DNA from: an uncultured virus (IMG/VR IMGVR_UViG_3300020165_000001)
Taxonomy: Duplodnaviria; Heunggongvirae; Uroviricota; Caudoviricetes
Strand: one strand, 5' to 3'
Length of the DNA stretch: 20,000 nt
IMG/VR virus record: IMGVR_UViG_3300020165_000001
Under the pieces are notes generated by a model. That model saw nothing but the letters and a program-made list of their open reading frames with translations. It was not told the DNA's origin and searched no databases. A program made the translations under genes and the position numbers. This document shows positions 9,501 through 16,903 of the stretch, one piece after another. Position 1 is the stretch's first letter, and every line of letters starts with the position of its first letter.

Positions 9501-12500
9501 TATGGAGAAGTACAAAAGGTAGGTAATGTATTTAAGTTTGTATATCACTATACAGAAACAGAAGGTAAGTTAAAAGGCAACACAACATATTTAAAGTTTG
9601 CTGTACACACGTTAACACCTAAGCTAGAATCCACAAGTCCTTATCTTAAAAACATAGGAGATATGCTTAGAAAAAGACAAGAGCAAGTTCAAGAAATGTC
9701 TAACACTCCAGGTAACCTTGTTATAGCTGCATCTGAATCTGCTGCTAAACTATTCTTTGATGGGCCTTCTGGTAAAACAGGAAGTAAGTATGTATACGAT
9801 GTTTCTACATCTGAAAACATAGATCAGATAATGGCTAGTCAAGATGAGATATATAAAGGAGACAATGGTTACCAAGCATTATCAGGAGAGGGATTAGGTA
9901 TACAGTTAGAATTAGATAAGCAAGCAAGTGAAAGATTCTTTCCTTCTCAATTATTCTACAACTTAGCAACAAACATAGAAACTAAAGAGGAGCAAGCAAT
10001 TGTAGAGGAAATGTTTATATTACGACAAAGAGTAATGGAAGCAAACAATTATTCTAGAAATAATGCTGGAGAACAAAATGGCCTTATTGTAGATAACATG
10101 GCTACAGAATCACAAGTCCTACAAGAGAGAGATGGATTTAAGTCTTCTGTAAGCGCAGATGTATTTGGTGTACTACTAGACTCTGTTTTTCCTAAAGTTG
10201 ATCCTAGATATCCTTTTGTTAATGCGTCTTATAACTCTATAGCAACAGGACGTATAACACACAAAGGTACTAAAATGTACACTAAAGGTTCTATTGCTTA
10301 TCAATCTGCAAGTCTAGGTATGGGGTTACAATCTTATAAAGAAGGTTTATTTAAAGGAGATGAGAGTGTAATTGCTTCAGAAGCTATTGTTCCTGGATAC
10401 TTACAAAAAGATGGAGTTAAAAAAGGAGACTTGTTTATCGGCACAAGAGTACCTGCTCACGGTAAAGTAAGTAGTTCTATTTTTGTAGTAAAAGATTTTC
10501 ATGATCAAATAGGAAACTCACCAACATCTAATATTACTATACCTGCACATGTAAGTAAGAATTGGGGAGCCGATTTAGATGGCGATTCGGTTCACATGAA
10601 TTTTAAATGGACAAACGCAGAAGTTAAAAAGAAAGGTAAAGAATGGAGAGAGTTTTCTAATGAGTTTTTTGACAAGTATGTACAGTTAATTAGTCAACCT
10701 AAAAGACAGGCTGAAATTAAAGCTGATATTAACTTTGAAAACGATGCTAAGGCAGCTATTGCTAAAGCAGAAAGTGTTTATGGCTCTAAAGCTAAACAAG
10801 AAGAGTCACAGCTTACACCTATGGGCGATGCGCAAATGTTTGAAGATAATGTGCCAGCAAAGAATTTAGTTGGTATAATCGCAGCATTACAAAGAACGTT
10901 TAATATATTTTCTAACACAGAAGAAAAACTACCTTTTAGTATAAAGATTAATAATAAAACGGAAGACAAGTTTTTTGATGATTCTTCATTAGAAGGTGGT
11001 GTAGGTAATTGGTTTGGTGTAGCACAGCTTCTTAATATAGCATTAGACAACGCTAAACATCAATTTGCTGGGAAGCTTGGTATAGATATGCAAAGTGTAT
11101 TCCCTTATGTTACTTTAAGAAGATTAGGGTATTCATTAAATGATTTATCAGTATTATTTAATTCTCCTATAGTAAAAGAGTATATGGAGTTTAAAAGAAG
11201 TAGAAGTAAAAACTATATATCAAAAGATAGTGATATTAAAGAAATGTTCTTAGAAGATCAAACTATAAACTTTAACGAGTTAGTTATGTTCTTAGAAAAA
11301 AGAGGTGTAAAAGGATTAACTACAAAAACTGAAAAGGGTAGAGCTTACAATCAAAAGACTTGGGATAAGTTAGCTAATAGAATTACAGGGGGTATTGAGA
11401 TAAATTTAGATGCATTGTCTAAAGAGGACGCAACGGCAGAGATTGACACTATACTAATGCTATATGGTTTAAACAAATACAATCAAGATATAGTAAGGCC
11501 TTTTTCTAAAGCGTTTACTGTACATCAAACTATAGAAAAGAATCCTTTAGAACTTAGAAAGATAAGAGATGATATAGCAAGAATACAAGCTGGTCCTGTT
11601 ATTATAAATGAAAAAGCTAAAGCTGGTGGATTAAACATATCTTACACATTAGGAGCTAGTTCACGTAATAGCATTGTACAGCATGCTATGGGATTATTTG
11701 ATAGTGTATTAGAAAGAGCACAAAGAACTGATATAAGATATACTCAGTATATGAGAGATATTATTAATGATGCTACTTTTGAAGAATTAAATAAAAATAA
11801 ATTAACTAAGCCAAAGATTATAAATCAAATTATAATAAATAACTTAAACAAGAAAATTGAGTTTTTAAGACCTTTTGCACAAAAAGATAGCCCTACACTA
11901 ATAGAAGAATTTAAATTATTACAAGGACGTAATAAGGAAAATAAATTCTTAAATAGAATTATAGAGGTTAATGAAAAAGGAAACAAAGTAGTTATTAATA
12001 GAGCTGAGATTACAGAGTTTACATCTTATAAGGCTATAGAGCAAATAAAAGAATCCTTTAATCAACTTACTGAAACTGAAAAAGATTTTGTGTTTGCATT
12101 AGAAGCGCAGTTTAATGGATTTGGATTTACAGGAGGAGCTGGTGCTGCTGGGTCTTTTGTGCCTTTCTTTGATGACGTGTATATAGATAAAATAAATAAA
12201 TCTATGTCTGCTATTATAGAAGAAAATCAAAATAGAGAAGCAAACTTAGTAGGTTTATTTGCAACAGAGTATACAGATGCAAAAAACATGATTGTAAAGA
12301 AAGCTAAAAAATACTCCACTGAAGACAAGATAGACATAGCTTCTAAGCTAGACAATTCTTTTGTAGACCCAACAAGAAAAGCTAAAAAGATAATATCTTC
12401 TGATACTTCTTATAATAATGATTATTTAGGAAGTGGTGTTAGAATGCTAGATATAGATACTTGGGCTAAAGACAAAGGAATTGATTTATCTAAAATATCT

Positions 12501-14960
12501 CCAGAATCAGATACATTTACTATACTAAGAAATAGATATGACACATATAGAGAGCAATATAGACTAGTTAAAGAGTTTGAAGCTAAGTTAGAAAGCAAAC
12601 CATTATCTAGCTATGAAATAGATAGCCTATATGAGCTAGGTGTTAAGTTTAGAAAGATGGACAACTCAGCTACTAAAGGTATTGCTCATGCTATAGAAAA
12701 AGAAATAGGACAAAGAGCATTTAGAATACAATCTGAAAAGCTTAGAAAATTAGGAGCTAAGCAGGGATACGAATACAATACTCCTGGAGTAGATGGTGTA
12801 GCACAAGAAGATATTAGTAATTTTCAAAAATGGCTGGGGTCTAATGATATGACATCTAAAAGGCCTGAAATGCAATATCTAATTAATGAGGTGCAAGAAC
12901 AGTACAGAGCTTACTTAAGATCCTTTACAAAATACAAGAATATTATAGAGAGTGCTAACAGATCTCTTGTCAGATCTAAAATGAGAAGTTTAAGTATTTT
13001 AGAAAGAGTTAGACAAGGTTTTGATGTTAATGCAAGATATGAGTTTATATATGGTAATATAGCAACATTAGAAAATGGCAATATAAGACTGCTAAGTGAG
13101 CAAGAAATAAATGAAAAAGAATTAACACAAGAAGAGATTAATTACTACAATGCTTTTAAAAAGATAGGAAGTGATTTATTAAATGTACAAGATGTTGTAG
13201 TTCCAGGTATGCAAATGGGCAATATAGAATCAATGTCTAGAAGTGGATTATTTGGACTATACAATACAACAATAGATTCTAGTGACTACAATAGAGTTAG
13301 GGTAAAAGGTGTTGACAAAAACGGAGACAAGGTTTATAAAACTTTTTACGAATGGAAGTATGATGTTTACAAAGGTAGGAGTGGTTCTATTACATTAGAG
13401 TCTGGTAAGAAAATAAATGAGTTAGAAAAGTTAAGAAAACTAGCTAAAGACTACAAGTCTAGAGGTATGCATATGGACGGAGAAAGTATTATGCTTTCTG
13501 ACGCGGAGTATGATGCTTTAATAAACAACGGATCAAGACTTAAGAGAATGATGGGTGATGGAGCTATGAATAGTTTAGATGCCGAGTTAATACAAGAGTA
13601 TGAAAGAAGAAGAGGTGTTAAGGCTGCTACTACTAGTTATGATATACACTCTGGTATGCTAGAGTTTGTAAGAAGCTCATTGTTTATGCATGGTGAAAAC
13701 TTACAAGAAAATCCAAATGGCTTTGCTGGTATGAATAAAATGGCTGTTCTTACAGATTCTATTATAGGATTTAATAAAGGTTTAGATAATAAAAAAGCTG
13801 TTGAGTATTTAACTAAATGGTGGAAAGAAGGATTTTTAGAAAAGAAACAACAGGAGGGTGTATTTGGTAAAACAGGAGATAAAGTTATAGATGGCTTTGT
13901 TAGGCTTACATCACTTAGATTGCTTGGTTTTAATATGGGTGTAGGTGTTGGTAATATATTAGCAGGTAAGTATCAAGAACTACGTAAGCGTGGTGGTAAG
14001 CAATTTGCATTAGGAGAAAAAAGATATTGGGTTGATGGTAAAGACAAGTCTTGGAATCTATTAAAAAAACACAGGATAGTAGAATATAGTTTTGATGAAT
14101 TTATACACTTATCTGAAAGAAAGGGAATGTATGGAACATTAGAAAGATGGTCTTATATATTTATGGATAGATCAGAAAGTTACATACAAGGCTCTGCATT
14201 TTTAGGAGAGCTTACACAAAGAGAGTATGATGGTCTTGATCCTATTACAGATAAACGAGTAATGCAGATTAATCATAAAATATCTACACTGCACGGAGAA
14301 GGATACACAGCATTAGACGCAAGCACACTATCTATGTATTCTTATGGTAGGGCGTTAATGCAATTTAAAAAATGGTTTGTTACTACACTAAGAGATAGAT
14401 TAAAGCCTGAAGATATAAATAGATTTGGAGAGGTTAATATAGGTAGTTACAGAGCATCTAGCGAATTTGTTGTAAATTTATTTAGAAAGTATTTTGCTGG
14501 AGAGATGACGAAGAAAAACATTATGGATATATTTAATGAGTCTAGCAAAGTAAGACAAAAAGAAATTATCAATCATTTAAACGGTATAGGTATAGGGGTA
14601 ACTTTATTAAGTTTAATTGCACTTGCAGAAGATGATGACGATATTGATTCTACAACATTAAGAACAATGAAAAAGTTGTCTCATGATGTATTTGTAACTA
14701 CAGATATAAATAGATTTACAAATTATACAATAAAGCCTTCTGCTTACAGTACGTTAAGAAATTCTACTAAAGTTATAGGAGAAGCTGTTAGAGGTGATAA
14801 GGTTAAAAGAAGTGGCCCATACGGAGGCAAAGGAGAGTCACAAGCTATAAAAACACTTAAGTATGATATAGCCCCATTAGCTGAAGTTAGAAAAGATATA
14901 AAAAACATTTTCTTTGGTGGTAGTGAACCAAAAAAAGAAACAAGCTCATTAATAAGATAA
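3516..14960 (+). CDS. Giant virion-associated polyprotein: two-barrel (DPBB) DNA-dependent RNA polymerase fused to a zincin metalloprotease and ejection-protein-like termini, 3814 aa
   Basis: Catalytic GADLDGD (D2353-D2357, nt 10572-10586) is preceded by RVP (R2311) and followed by ALDNAK (D2511). Upstream motifs are DYIKR, NDAMGY (D1979), SESAAK (K2078) and GLGIQLE. HELGH is at aa 1065-1069, with a downstream EE at aa 1182-1183. No Cys. The architecture matches crAss-like virion RNAPs (type example Cellulophaga phage phi14:2 gp66). Confidence 0.88.
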   Translation: MAEDYRSGLNMLLGDLAKNDVNVPSPEEAISQQYDAPMEGPSTLSSVIQGLDISGQQDITFDRMAQGQAASQLGADEYGKLDELKYGSAPDQQIVDPNAMIGSTGERVGRGLKAGWGDLLYGTGETVDFINAWARPGDVEPSTSVGEWFQKIGTEYQNENALILSEDLKDITFQDMFKGEFWSSKISRLVPYAMSFVIPYGGGAKVGASLLGRFGVWSAKGISKANKLGKVGIPVGAMGKGIGMGGNGIKGSGILGKLAFDGGKKGYAQTKFMRNAGGFIGGGAAANMAEGAYLSGEAYSEMLHEVDADGNKLFTPEEAANHAAGVMYDNAKWMGVDMVQYGLLFGGIGKNMAKRLLLNPLKSNPFKASIKGLTAHTVRKVLPNLPAAGAYASVEGITEGIQETYQEWIKYANIQEAKGEDYESMTDWVKDEYGNYKPEIRDLFWSSVGLGGAMGGARGYFDSAAARHKALNEHQEAINTNAQIMDAAKTPDQQYVAEQMVQDNIISLNVWNYRGDGSIVMEYINNMVKDKKMDQQTADEYIQAVEQAEKNYEKHTVNSMLTEAGAKQAFFRETRKSRNQAQQALQIASYENDKAVTIENIKDDKKQKKALAILEQNHLSIMETLEQDMAVLNREIEDIYTLRVDEAPTAKSTGKRDARYKTQGLTKDEINIYSQEGAKEAEAEAKKKADAEPSIISKVVEGAKELGGKAVEGAKSLFGKAKEKATSEETKKAVEDIKKYTKEEITPSAKEKLVKALEAGKIGVKAALKIIGSGVNKIINNKDVKEAIEKFKQAKKETVEAAEEKKQESDEDVKKKDQTQVVPKTEEYSKTEEALKKKGIQLEAASISKVVDKEGKASTTSYMLKTATGKVIKFFTSKPFGAEALTNTPQNIKLNLVEPVAGKADVVEVNGKLYFQYQKGAPLYESKIQVIVGDKVIGQLEYQSYKEDTGPTKKAKKKDARTIDKVIGSVKQTKESFKKLLDKSFKNIPAQEDILINRNLEVYTHSGLGAAALTRSIVQKQFPGARGYVISSKLADDYGQEATSLAIGSVVLINENQVEQTDLIHELGHVYYGLMEDTPLMKRIKKLLPKSSLYQKTREEYPELTLMSYKGNNLTLGSIYRNVLNNKPDATNDVISIAENIAIAERQGDSARSTELFNNLRIQLKAQGVKDVRVDQQRHLLEETFTRTLEAYSKGTVNSVIKGSEAQELLKKDLIEFYKKTKKLATDEEAKRLLDLSVDNIQSLDLEASIKHILLDFNSGERTIPVVQNSAYGDIKRANKKAFSSRATYSAVSSYIGDFIGRSLTPTVMTNRVMKRIAEDSSLKVADVKQLREYVKAIIVQITRPADLKLADETLDNQLSDIGLDLNEKENMDQASESDQYKESNKIIALPTTTSNFIKKITEVYNFKNPDNVINRKKLLYDMYVIAKSTQNDPFDFIPTLRKSDSAEIMAMLRVLDGVYGKDKVLTNAKLMELKGPIEGINIEVLTQQALEIGYMGARKWKTYKTMSKTLEAGVINDVMNNLKENTAKGKRIAKIYDNLFYDSKENKFKEVLDENDINTAAKRVLSEILDDTNKGVLIDKDALLNARILFKGKRQTLSQILFNHTRFKNGKPNLENQSLMGITKEGKFAAKIGKYEAKGLIYGKQGELKVILTEGLVASRAINYLSMVDNVEGDGISVFNKENGLHNRAKNVATIINNETIIESDSVMHPDNNIYTDMAFRKKQAGVLANNDGKVTNNPFNFTIHSGMMRTLVTRADGVKYEGRASKLNSVTPSELIAGDFFSFLSKYNELMAGNEAMGIYDQAIAVFSDKSRRYYVESIIAHNDKMKKLLLTKVKNNPAYNAKYLKGSKVFPYTIENGKIKEMPALIKKWKSYANKNAELFKGNTDLKEVKNLDAALDAFLTSYIANKFMAQQLFVHDHRQSKDQIDYIKRAAGSIASHIVFDRNTQIEPIIIKDYFVDEEGNIGTDEKEDSAIENDAMGYVLPEQAKYIRAKYGEVQKVGNVFKFVYHYTETEGKLKGNTTYLKFAVHTLTPKLESTSPYLKNIGDMLRKRQEQVQEMSNTPGNLVIAASESAAKLFFDGPSGKTGSKYVYDVSTSENIDQIMASQDEIYKGDNGYQALSGEGLGIQLELDKQASERFFPSQLFYNLATNIETKEEQAIVEEMFILRQRVMEANNYSRNNAGEQNGLIVDNMATESQVLQERDGFKSSVSADVFGVLLDSVFPKVDPRYPFVNASYNSIATGRITHKGTKMYTKGSIAYQSASLGMGLQSYKEGLFKGDESVIASEAIVPGYLQKDGVKKGDLFIGTRVPAHGKVSSSIFVVKDFHDQIGNSPTSNITIPAHVSKNWGADLDGDSVHMNFKWTNAEVKKKGKEWREFSNEFFDKYVQLISQPKRQAEIKADINFENDAKAAIAKAESVYGSKAKQEESQLTPMGDAQMFEDNVPAKNLVGIIAALQRTFNIFSNTEEKLPFSIKINNKTEDKFFDDSSLEGGVGNWFGVAQLLNIALDNAKHQFAGKLGIDMQSVFPYVTLRRLGYSLNDLSVLFNSPIVKEYMEFKRSRSKNYISKDSDIKEMFLEDQTINFNELVMFLEKRGVKGLTTKTEKGRAYNQKTWDKLANRITGGIEINLDALSKEDATAEIDTILMLYGLNKYNQDIVRPFSKAFTVHQTIEKNPLELRKIRDDIARIQAGPVIINEKAKAGGLNISYTLGASSRNSIVQHAMGLFDSVLERAQRTDIRYTQYMRDIINDATFEELNKNKLTKPKIINQIIINNLNKKIEFLRPFAQKDSPTLIEEFKLLQGRNKENKFLNRIIEVNEKGNKVVINRAEITEFTSYKAIEQIKESFNQLTETEKDFVFALEAQFNGFGFTGGAGAAGSFVPFFDDVYIDKINKSMSAIIEENQNREANLVGLFATEYTDAKNMIVKKAKKYSTEDKIDIASKLDNSFVDPTRKAKKIISSDTSYNNDYLGSGVRMLDIDTWAKDKGIDLSKISPESDTFTILRNRYDTYREQYRLVKEFEAKLESKPLSSYEIDSLYELGVKFRKMDNSATKGIAHAIEKEIGQRAFRIQSEKLRKLGAKQGYEYNTPGVDGVAQEDISNFQKWLGSNDMTSKRPEMQYLINEVQEQYRAYLRSFTKYKNIIESANRSLVRSKMRSLSILERVRQGFDVNARYEFIYGNIATLENGNIRLLSEQEINEKELTQEEINYYNAFKKIGSDLLNVQDVVVPGMQMGNIESMSRSGLFGLYNTTIDSSDYNRVRVKGVDKNGDKVYKTFYEWKYDVYKGRSGSITLESGKKINELEKLRKLAKDYKSRGMHMDGESIMLSDAEYDALINNGSRLKRMMGDGAMNSLDAELIQEYERRRGVKAATTSYDIHSGMLEFVRSSLFMHGENLQENPNGFAGMNKMAVLTDSIIGFNKGLDNKKAVEYLTKWWKEGFLEKKQQEGVFGKTGDKVIDGFVRLTSLRLLGFNMGVGVGNILAGKYQELRKRGGKQFALGEKRYWVDGKDKSWNLLKKHRIVEYSFDEFIHLSERKGMYGTLERWSYIFMDRSESYIQGSAFLGELTQREYDGLDPITDKRVMQINHKISTLHGEGYTALDASTLSMYSYGRALMQFKKWFVTTLRDRLKPEDINRFGEVNIGSYRASSEFVVNLFRKYFAGEMTKKNIMDIFNESSKVRQKEIINHLNGIGIGVTLLSLIALAEDDDDIDSTTLRTMKKLSHDVFVTTDINRFTNYTIKPSAYSTLRNSTKVIGEAVRGDKVKRSGPYGGKGESQAIKTLKYDIAPLAEVRKDIKNIFFGGSEPKKETSSLIR
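5607..5672 (+). repeat. Imperfect 33-bp tandem repeat encoding 11-aa amphipathic repeats
   Basis: KVVEGAKELGG / KAVEGAKSLFG; DNA aaagttgtagaaggagctaaa... / aaagctgtagagggggctaaa...; lies within a K/E/A-rich linker. Confidence 0.7.
6708..7064 (+). other. Zincin-like metalloprotease motif within the giant protein
   Basis: DLIHELGHVYY (HExxH at nt 6708-6722) is preceded by a hydrophobic strand (VVLINE). LLEETF (EE at nt 7059-7064) is the candidate third zinc ligand. Confidence 0.72.
9450..11057 (+). other. RNA polymerase catalytic core (two double-psi beta-barrels) within the giant protein
   Basis: Ordered motifs DAMGY...FK...YLK...SAAK (Lys-bearing barrel), then RVP...GADLDGD (Asp-triad barrel), then DNAK. 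The R-to-first-D spacing is 42 aa, similar to the RxP...DxDGD arrangement in beta-prime subunits and RNAi RdRPs. Confidence 0.85.
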
Positions 14961-14966
14961 AAATTG

Positions 14967-14974
14967 TATATTTG
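14967..14974 (+). promoter_or_regulatory. Putative Bacteroidota primary-sigma promoter -7 element (TAnnTTTG)
   Basis: TATATTTG in the 28-nt intergenic gap, 14 nt upstream of ATG 14989. No clear -33 TTTG element seen. Confidence 0.6.
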
Positions 14975-14988
14975 TAAAAAATTAAAAT

Positions 14989-15363
14989 ATGAACGTAAAC
15001 GACTTATTTAAAGCATCTTTCGGTAGTTACGGCTCTGTTTATTTGAATGGTGATGGATCTCAATTAGACCTTACTGGAGCTACTGCTAATAGATTTATAT
15101 TAGCAATCACAATGATGGAAGATGTAACGTTTCAAACCATACAAACATTAGATGGTGTTATAGGATCCGTAAGTACTGACGACACTAATGAAACACAGAT
15201 AGATGATGCTTTTGGAGCGGTAACAAATTTAGGAGATGATGATGCTTTAGCATTAACTACAAGCCACACTTTCCCAAAAGGAATTACAATATATGGTAAA
15301 TGGGATCATGTGGAGCTAAATAGTGGTTCTTGTTTGTGTTATTTAGCACCAGTAGGGTATTAA
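14989..15363 (+). CDS. Small acidic beta-rich protein, 124 aa, putative virion structural protein; paralog of 15384..15740
   Basis: A-rich leader without a Shine-Dalgarno. Shares the motifs FGxxGSV, F(I/L)AIT and FPxGITIYGxW with the next ORF. Confidence 0.65.
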   Translation: MNVNDLFKASFGSYGSVYLNGDGSQLDLTGATANRFILAITMMEDVTFQTIQTLDGVIGSVSTDDTNETQIDDAFGAVTNLGDDDALALTTSHTFPKGITIYGKWDHVELNSGSCLCYLAPVGY

Positions 15364-15383
15364 TAAATTAAAATAAAAATAAA

Positions 15384-15740
15384 ATGGCAAACGTAGATGA
15401 TTTAGTAAGAAAAGGTTTTGGACAAATGGGTTCTGTATTTACATCTGTAAGTGGAGCAATTACTCCTCCTTCAAATAAAGTATTTATAGCAATAACTTTT
15501 TTAGCAGAAACAACTTTAGATTCTTCTAGTGGTTTAGTGGCAGACACTAATCATTTTACCACTGAATTTCCTGGAACTAATGTAGCTGCTCATGATGCAG
15601 GTGCTGCAACTGACATTTCAGGTACTGGTGGAGATGCTATAGATGTTAATGATATATTTCCAGCTGGAATTACTATATATGGTAGATGGACAGAAATTGA
15701 TATAACTGACGGAATGGTTATTGCTTATATAGGAGAATAG
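15384..15740 (+). CDS. Small acidic beta-rich protein, 118 aa, putative virion structural protein; paralog of 14989..15363
   Basis: A-rich leader (aaataaaaataaaATG). FGQMGSVF...FIAIT...FPAGITIYGRW. Its TAG stop overlaps the next GTG start. Confidence 0.65.
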   Translation: MANVDDLVRKGFGQMGSVFTSVSGAITPPSNKVFIAITFLAETTLDSSSGLVADTNHFTTEFPGTNVAAHDAGAATDISGTGGDAIDVNDIFPAGITIYGRWTEIDITDGMVIAYIGE

Positions 15741-16903
15741 TGTTAGGTTTAGGCTCTAATATAACTGGTATATCTAAAGTAGGAACTACTATAGTTACAG
15801 ATAATTTAGTCTTAAGACATGATTATAAAATGAGGGCTGTTGAACCATTAAGTGATGGTGCTGCTGATATTAATGCTGATGCTGCTAATAATGAGTATAT
15901 AGATGTTGGTCTAATACCTATAACAACAAACGACGTTTCAATATCCGCTTGGGTGTATATAACGACTTGGGTAAATTATGCTGGTATAGTTGTTAATAGA
16001 TCTAATAGCGGCACAAACCCAGGACTAGAGTTAAGATGTGCTAATGGAGCTCAAAAATTCCAACTCGTAATAGATGACGCGAACGGTAGTTCGTCAGCAG
16101 CTATATCATCCACGTTAAACTCTAACCAATGGTACCACGTTTGTGGTGTTTGGGACAGAAGTGGTAACATGTCTTTGTATATTGACGGCGTGCTAGACGG
16201 AACAGACGATATTACTGGTAATCCATTAACTTTAACACACTCTACAGCTACTAAAATAGGACAAGCTAGCACAACTGAAATGAGGGGTTACGTATGTAAC
16301 GTGGGCTACTGGGATAGAGTTTTAAGCCAAGCTGAGGTAAAATCCATAATGAATAAAAATTACGATAGCCTTTCGGCTAGCGAGAAAACGGATTTAGTTT
16401 CATGGTGGAATTTGGATAGTACAGTGCCTGGATTTACTACTACGGTTTATGATAACCATGGGGGAGAGACTTTTGGTGGTGAGATTTTAACTCAACCAAT
16501 ACTAACAGGTACTAATTGGTCAAACGTTAATGGAACTGTTAGTGATGGCATTGGTACGGTGACTATTCCTGCAGATGGTACTTATAGTTATTTTAGGCAC
16601 GGAAATATGACATCAACCTATATAACAGGGGGTATATATAGAGCTGTGGTAACGGTAAAAGGTACGGCTGGAAAAGATATAAGAGTGAGAAGTGAGATTG
16701 GTTCAGACAACGGTGGTTTGACGGCTACAACGGGGCGTATTACACTAACGGGTAATCTTCAGACGGAGACTTTTGATTTTAAATCTAATGGCCAAGATGA
16801 CGATTTTAGAATCGAGAGGCATGATTCCGACGAGGCATATTCATTTGAAATTCACTCAGTATCACTTAAGAAACTAAACGGTAACACAGGAACTTTATCA
16901 TAA
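15740..16903 (+). CDS. LamG/concanavalin A-like domain protein, 387 aa (putative tail/fibre adhesin)
   Basis: LamG signature: SISAWVY...NQWYHVCGVWD...MSLYIDG...IG...GYVCNVGYWDRVLSQAEV, then LVSWWNLD and a C-terminal beta-sandwich module. The GTG start is coupled to the upstream stop. Confidence 0.8.
   Translation: MLGLGSNITGISKVGTTIVTDNLVLRHDYKMRAVEPLSDGAADINADAANNEYIDVGLIPITTNDVSISAWVYITTWVNYAGIVVNRSNSGTNPGLELRCANGAQKFQLVIDDANGSSSAAISSTLNSNQWYHVCGVWDRSGNMSLYIDGVLDGTDDITGNPLTLTHSTATKIGQASTTEMRGYVCNVGYWDRVLSQAEVKSIMNKNYDSLSASEKTDLVSWWNLDSTVPGFTTTVYDNHGGETFGGEILTQPILTGTNWSNVNGTVSDGIGTVTIPADGTYSYFRHGNMTSTYITGGIYRAVVTVKGTAGKDIRVRSEIGSDNGGLTATTGRITLTGNLQTETFDFKSNGQDDDFRIERHDSDEAYSFEIHSVSLKKLNGNTGTLS

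Noticed and set aside
3516..14960. Intein or self-splicing intron inflating the RNAP gene
   Set aside because: The ORF is uninterrupted, has no Cys, and I recognised no HN-(C/S/T) splice junction or LAGLIDADG motif.
15738..15742. Stop-codon reassignment (TAG or TGA) as in some crAss-like phages
   Set aside because: All genes are full-length under the standard code. The single TAG stop ends a paralog at the expected position and overlaps the next start.
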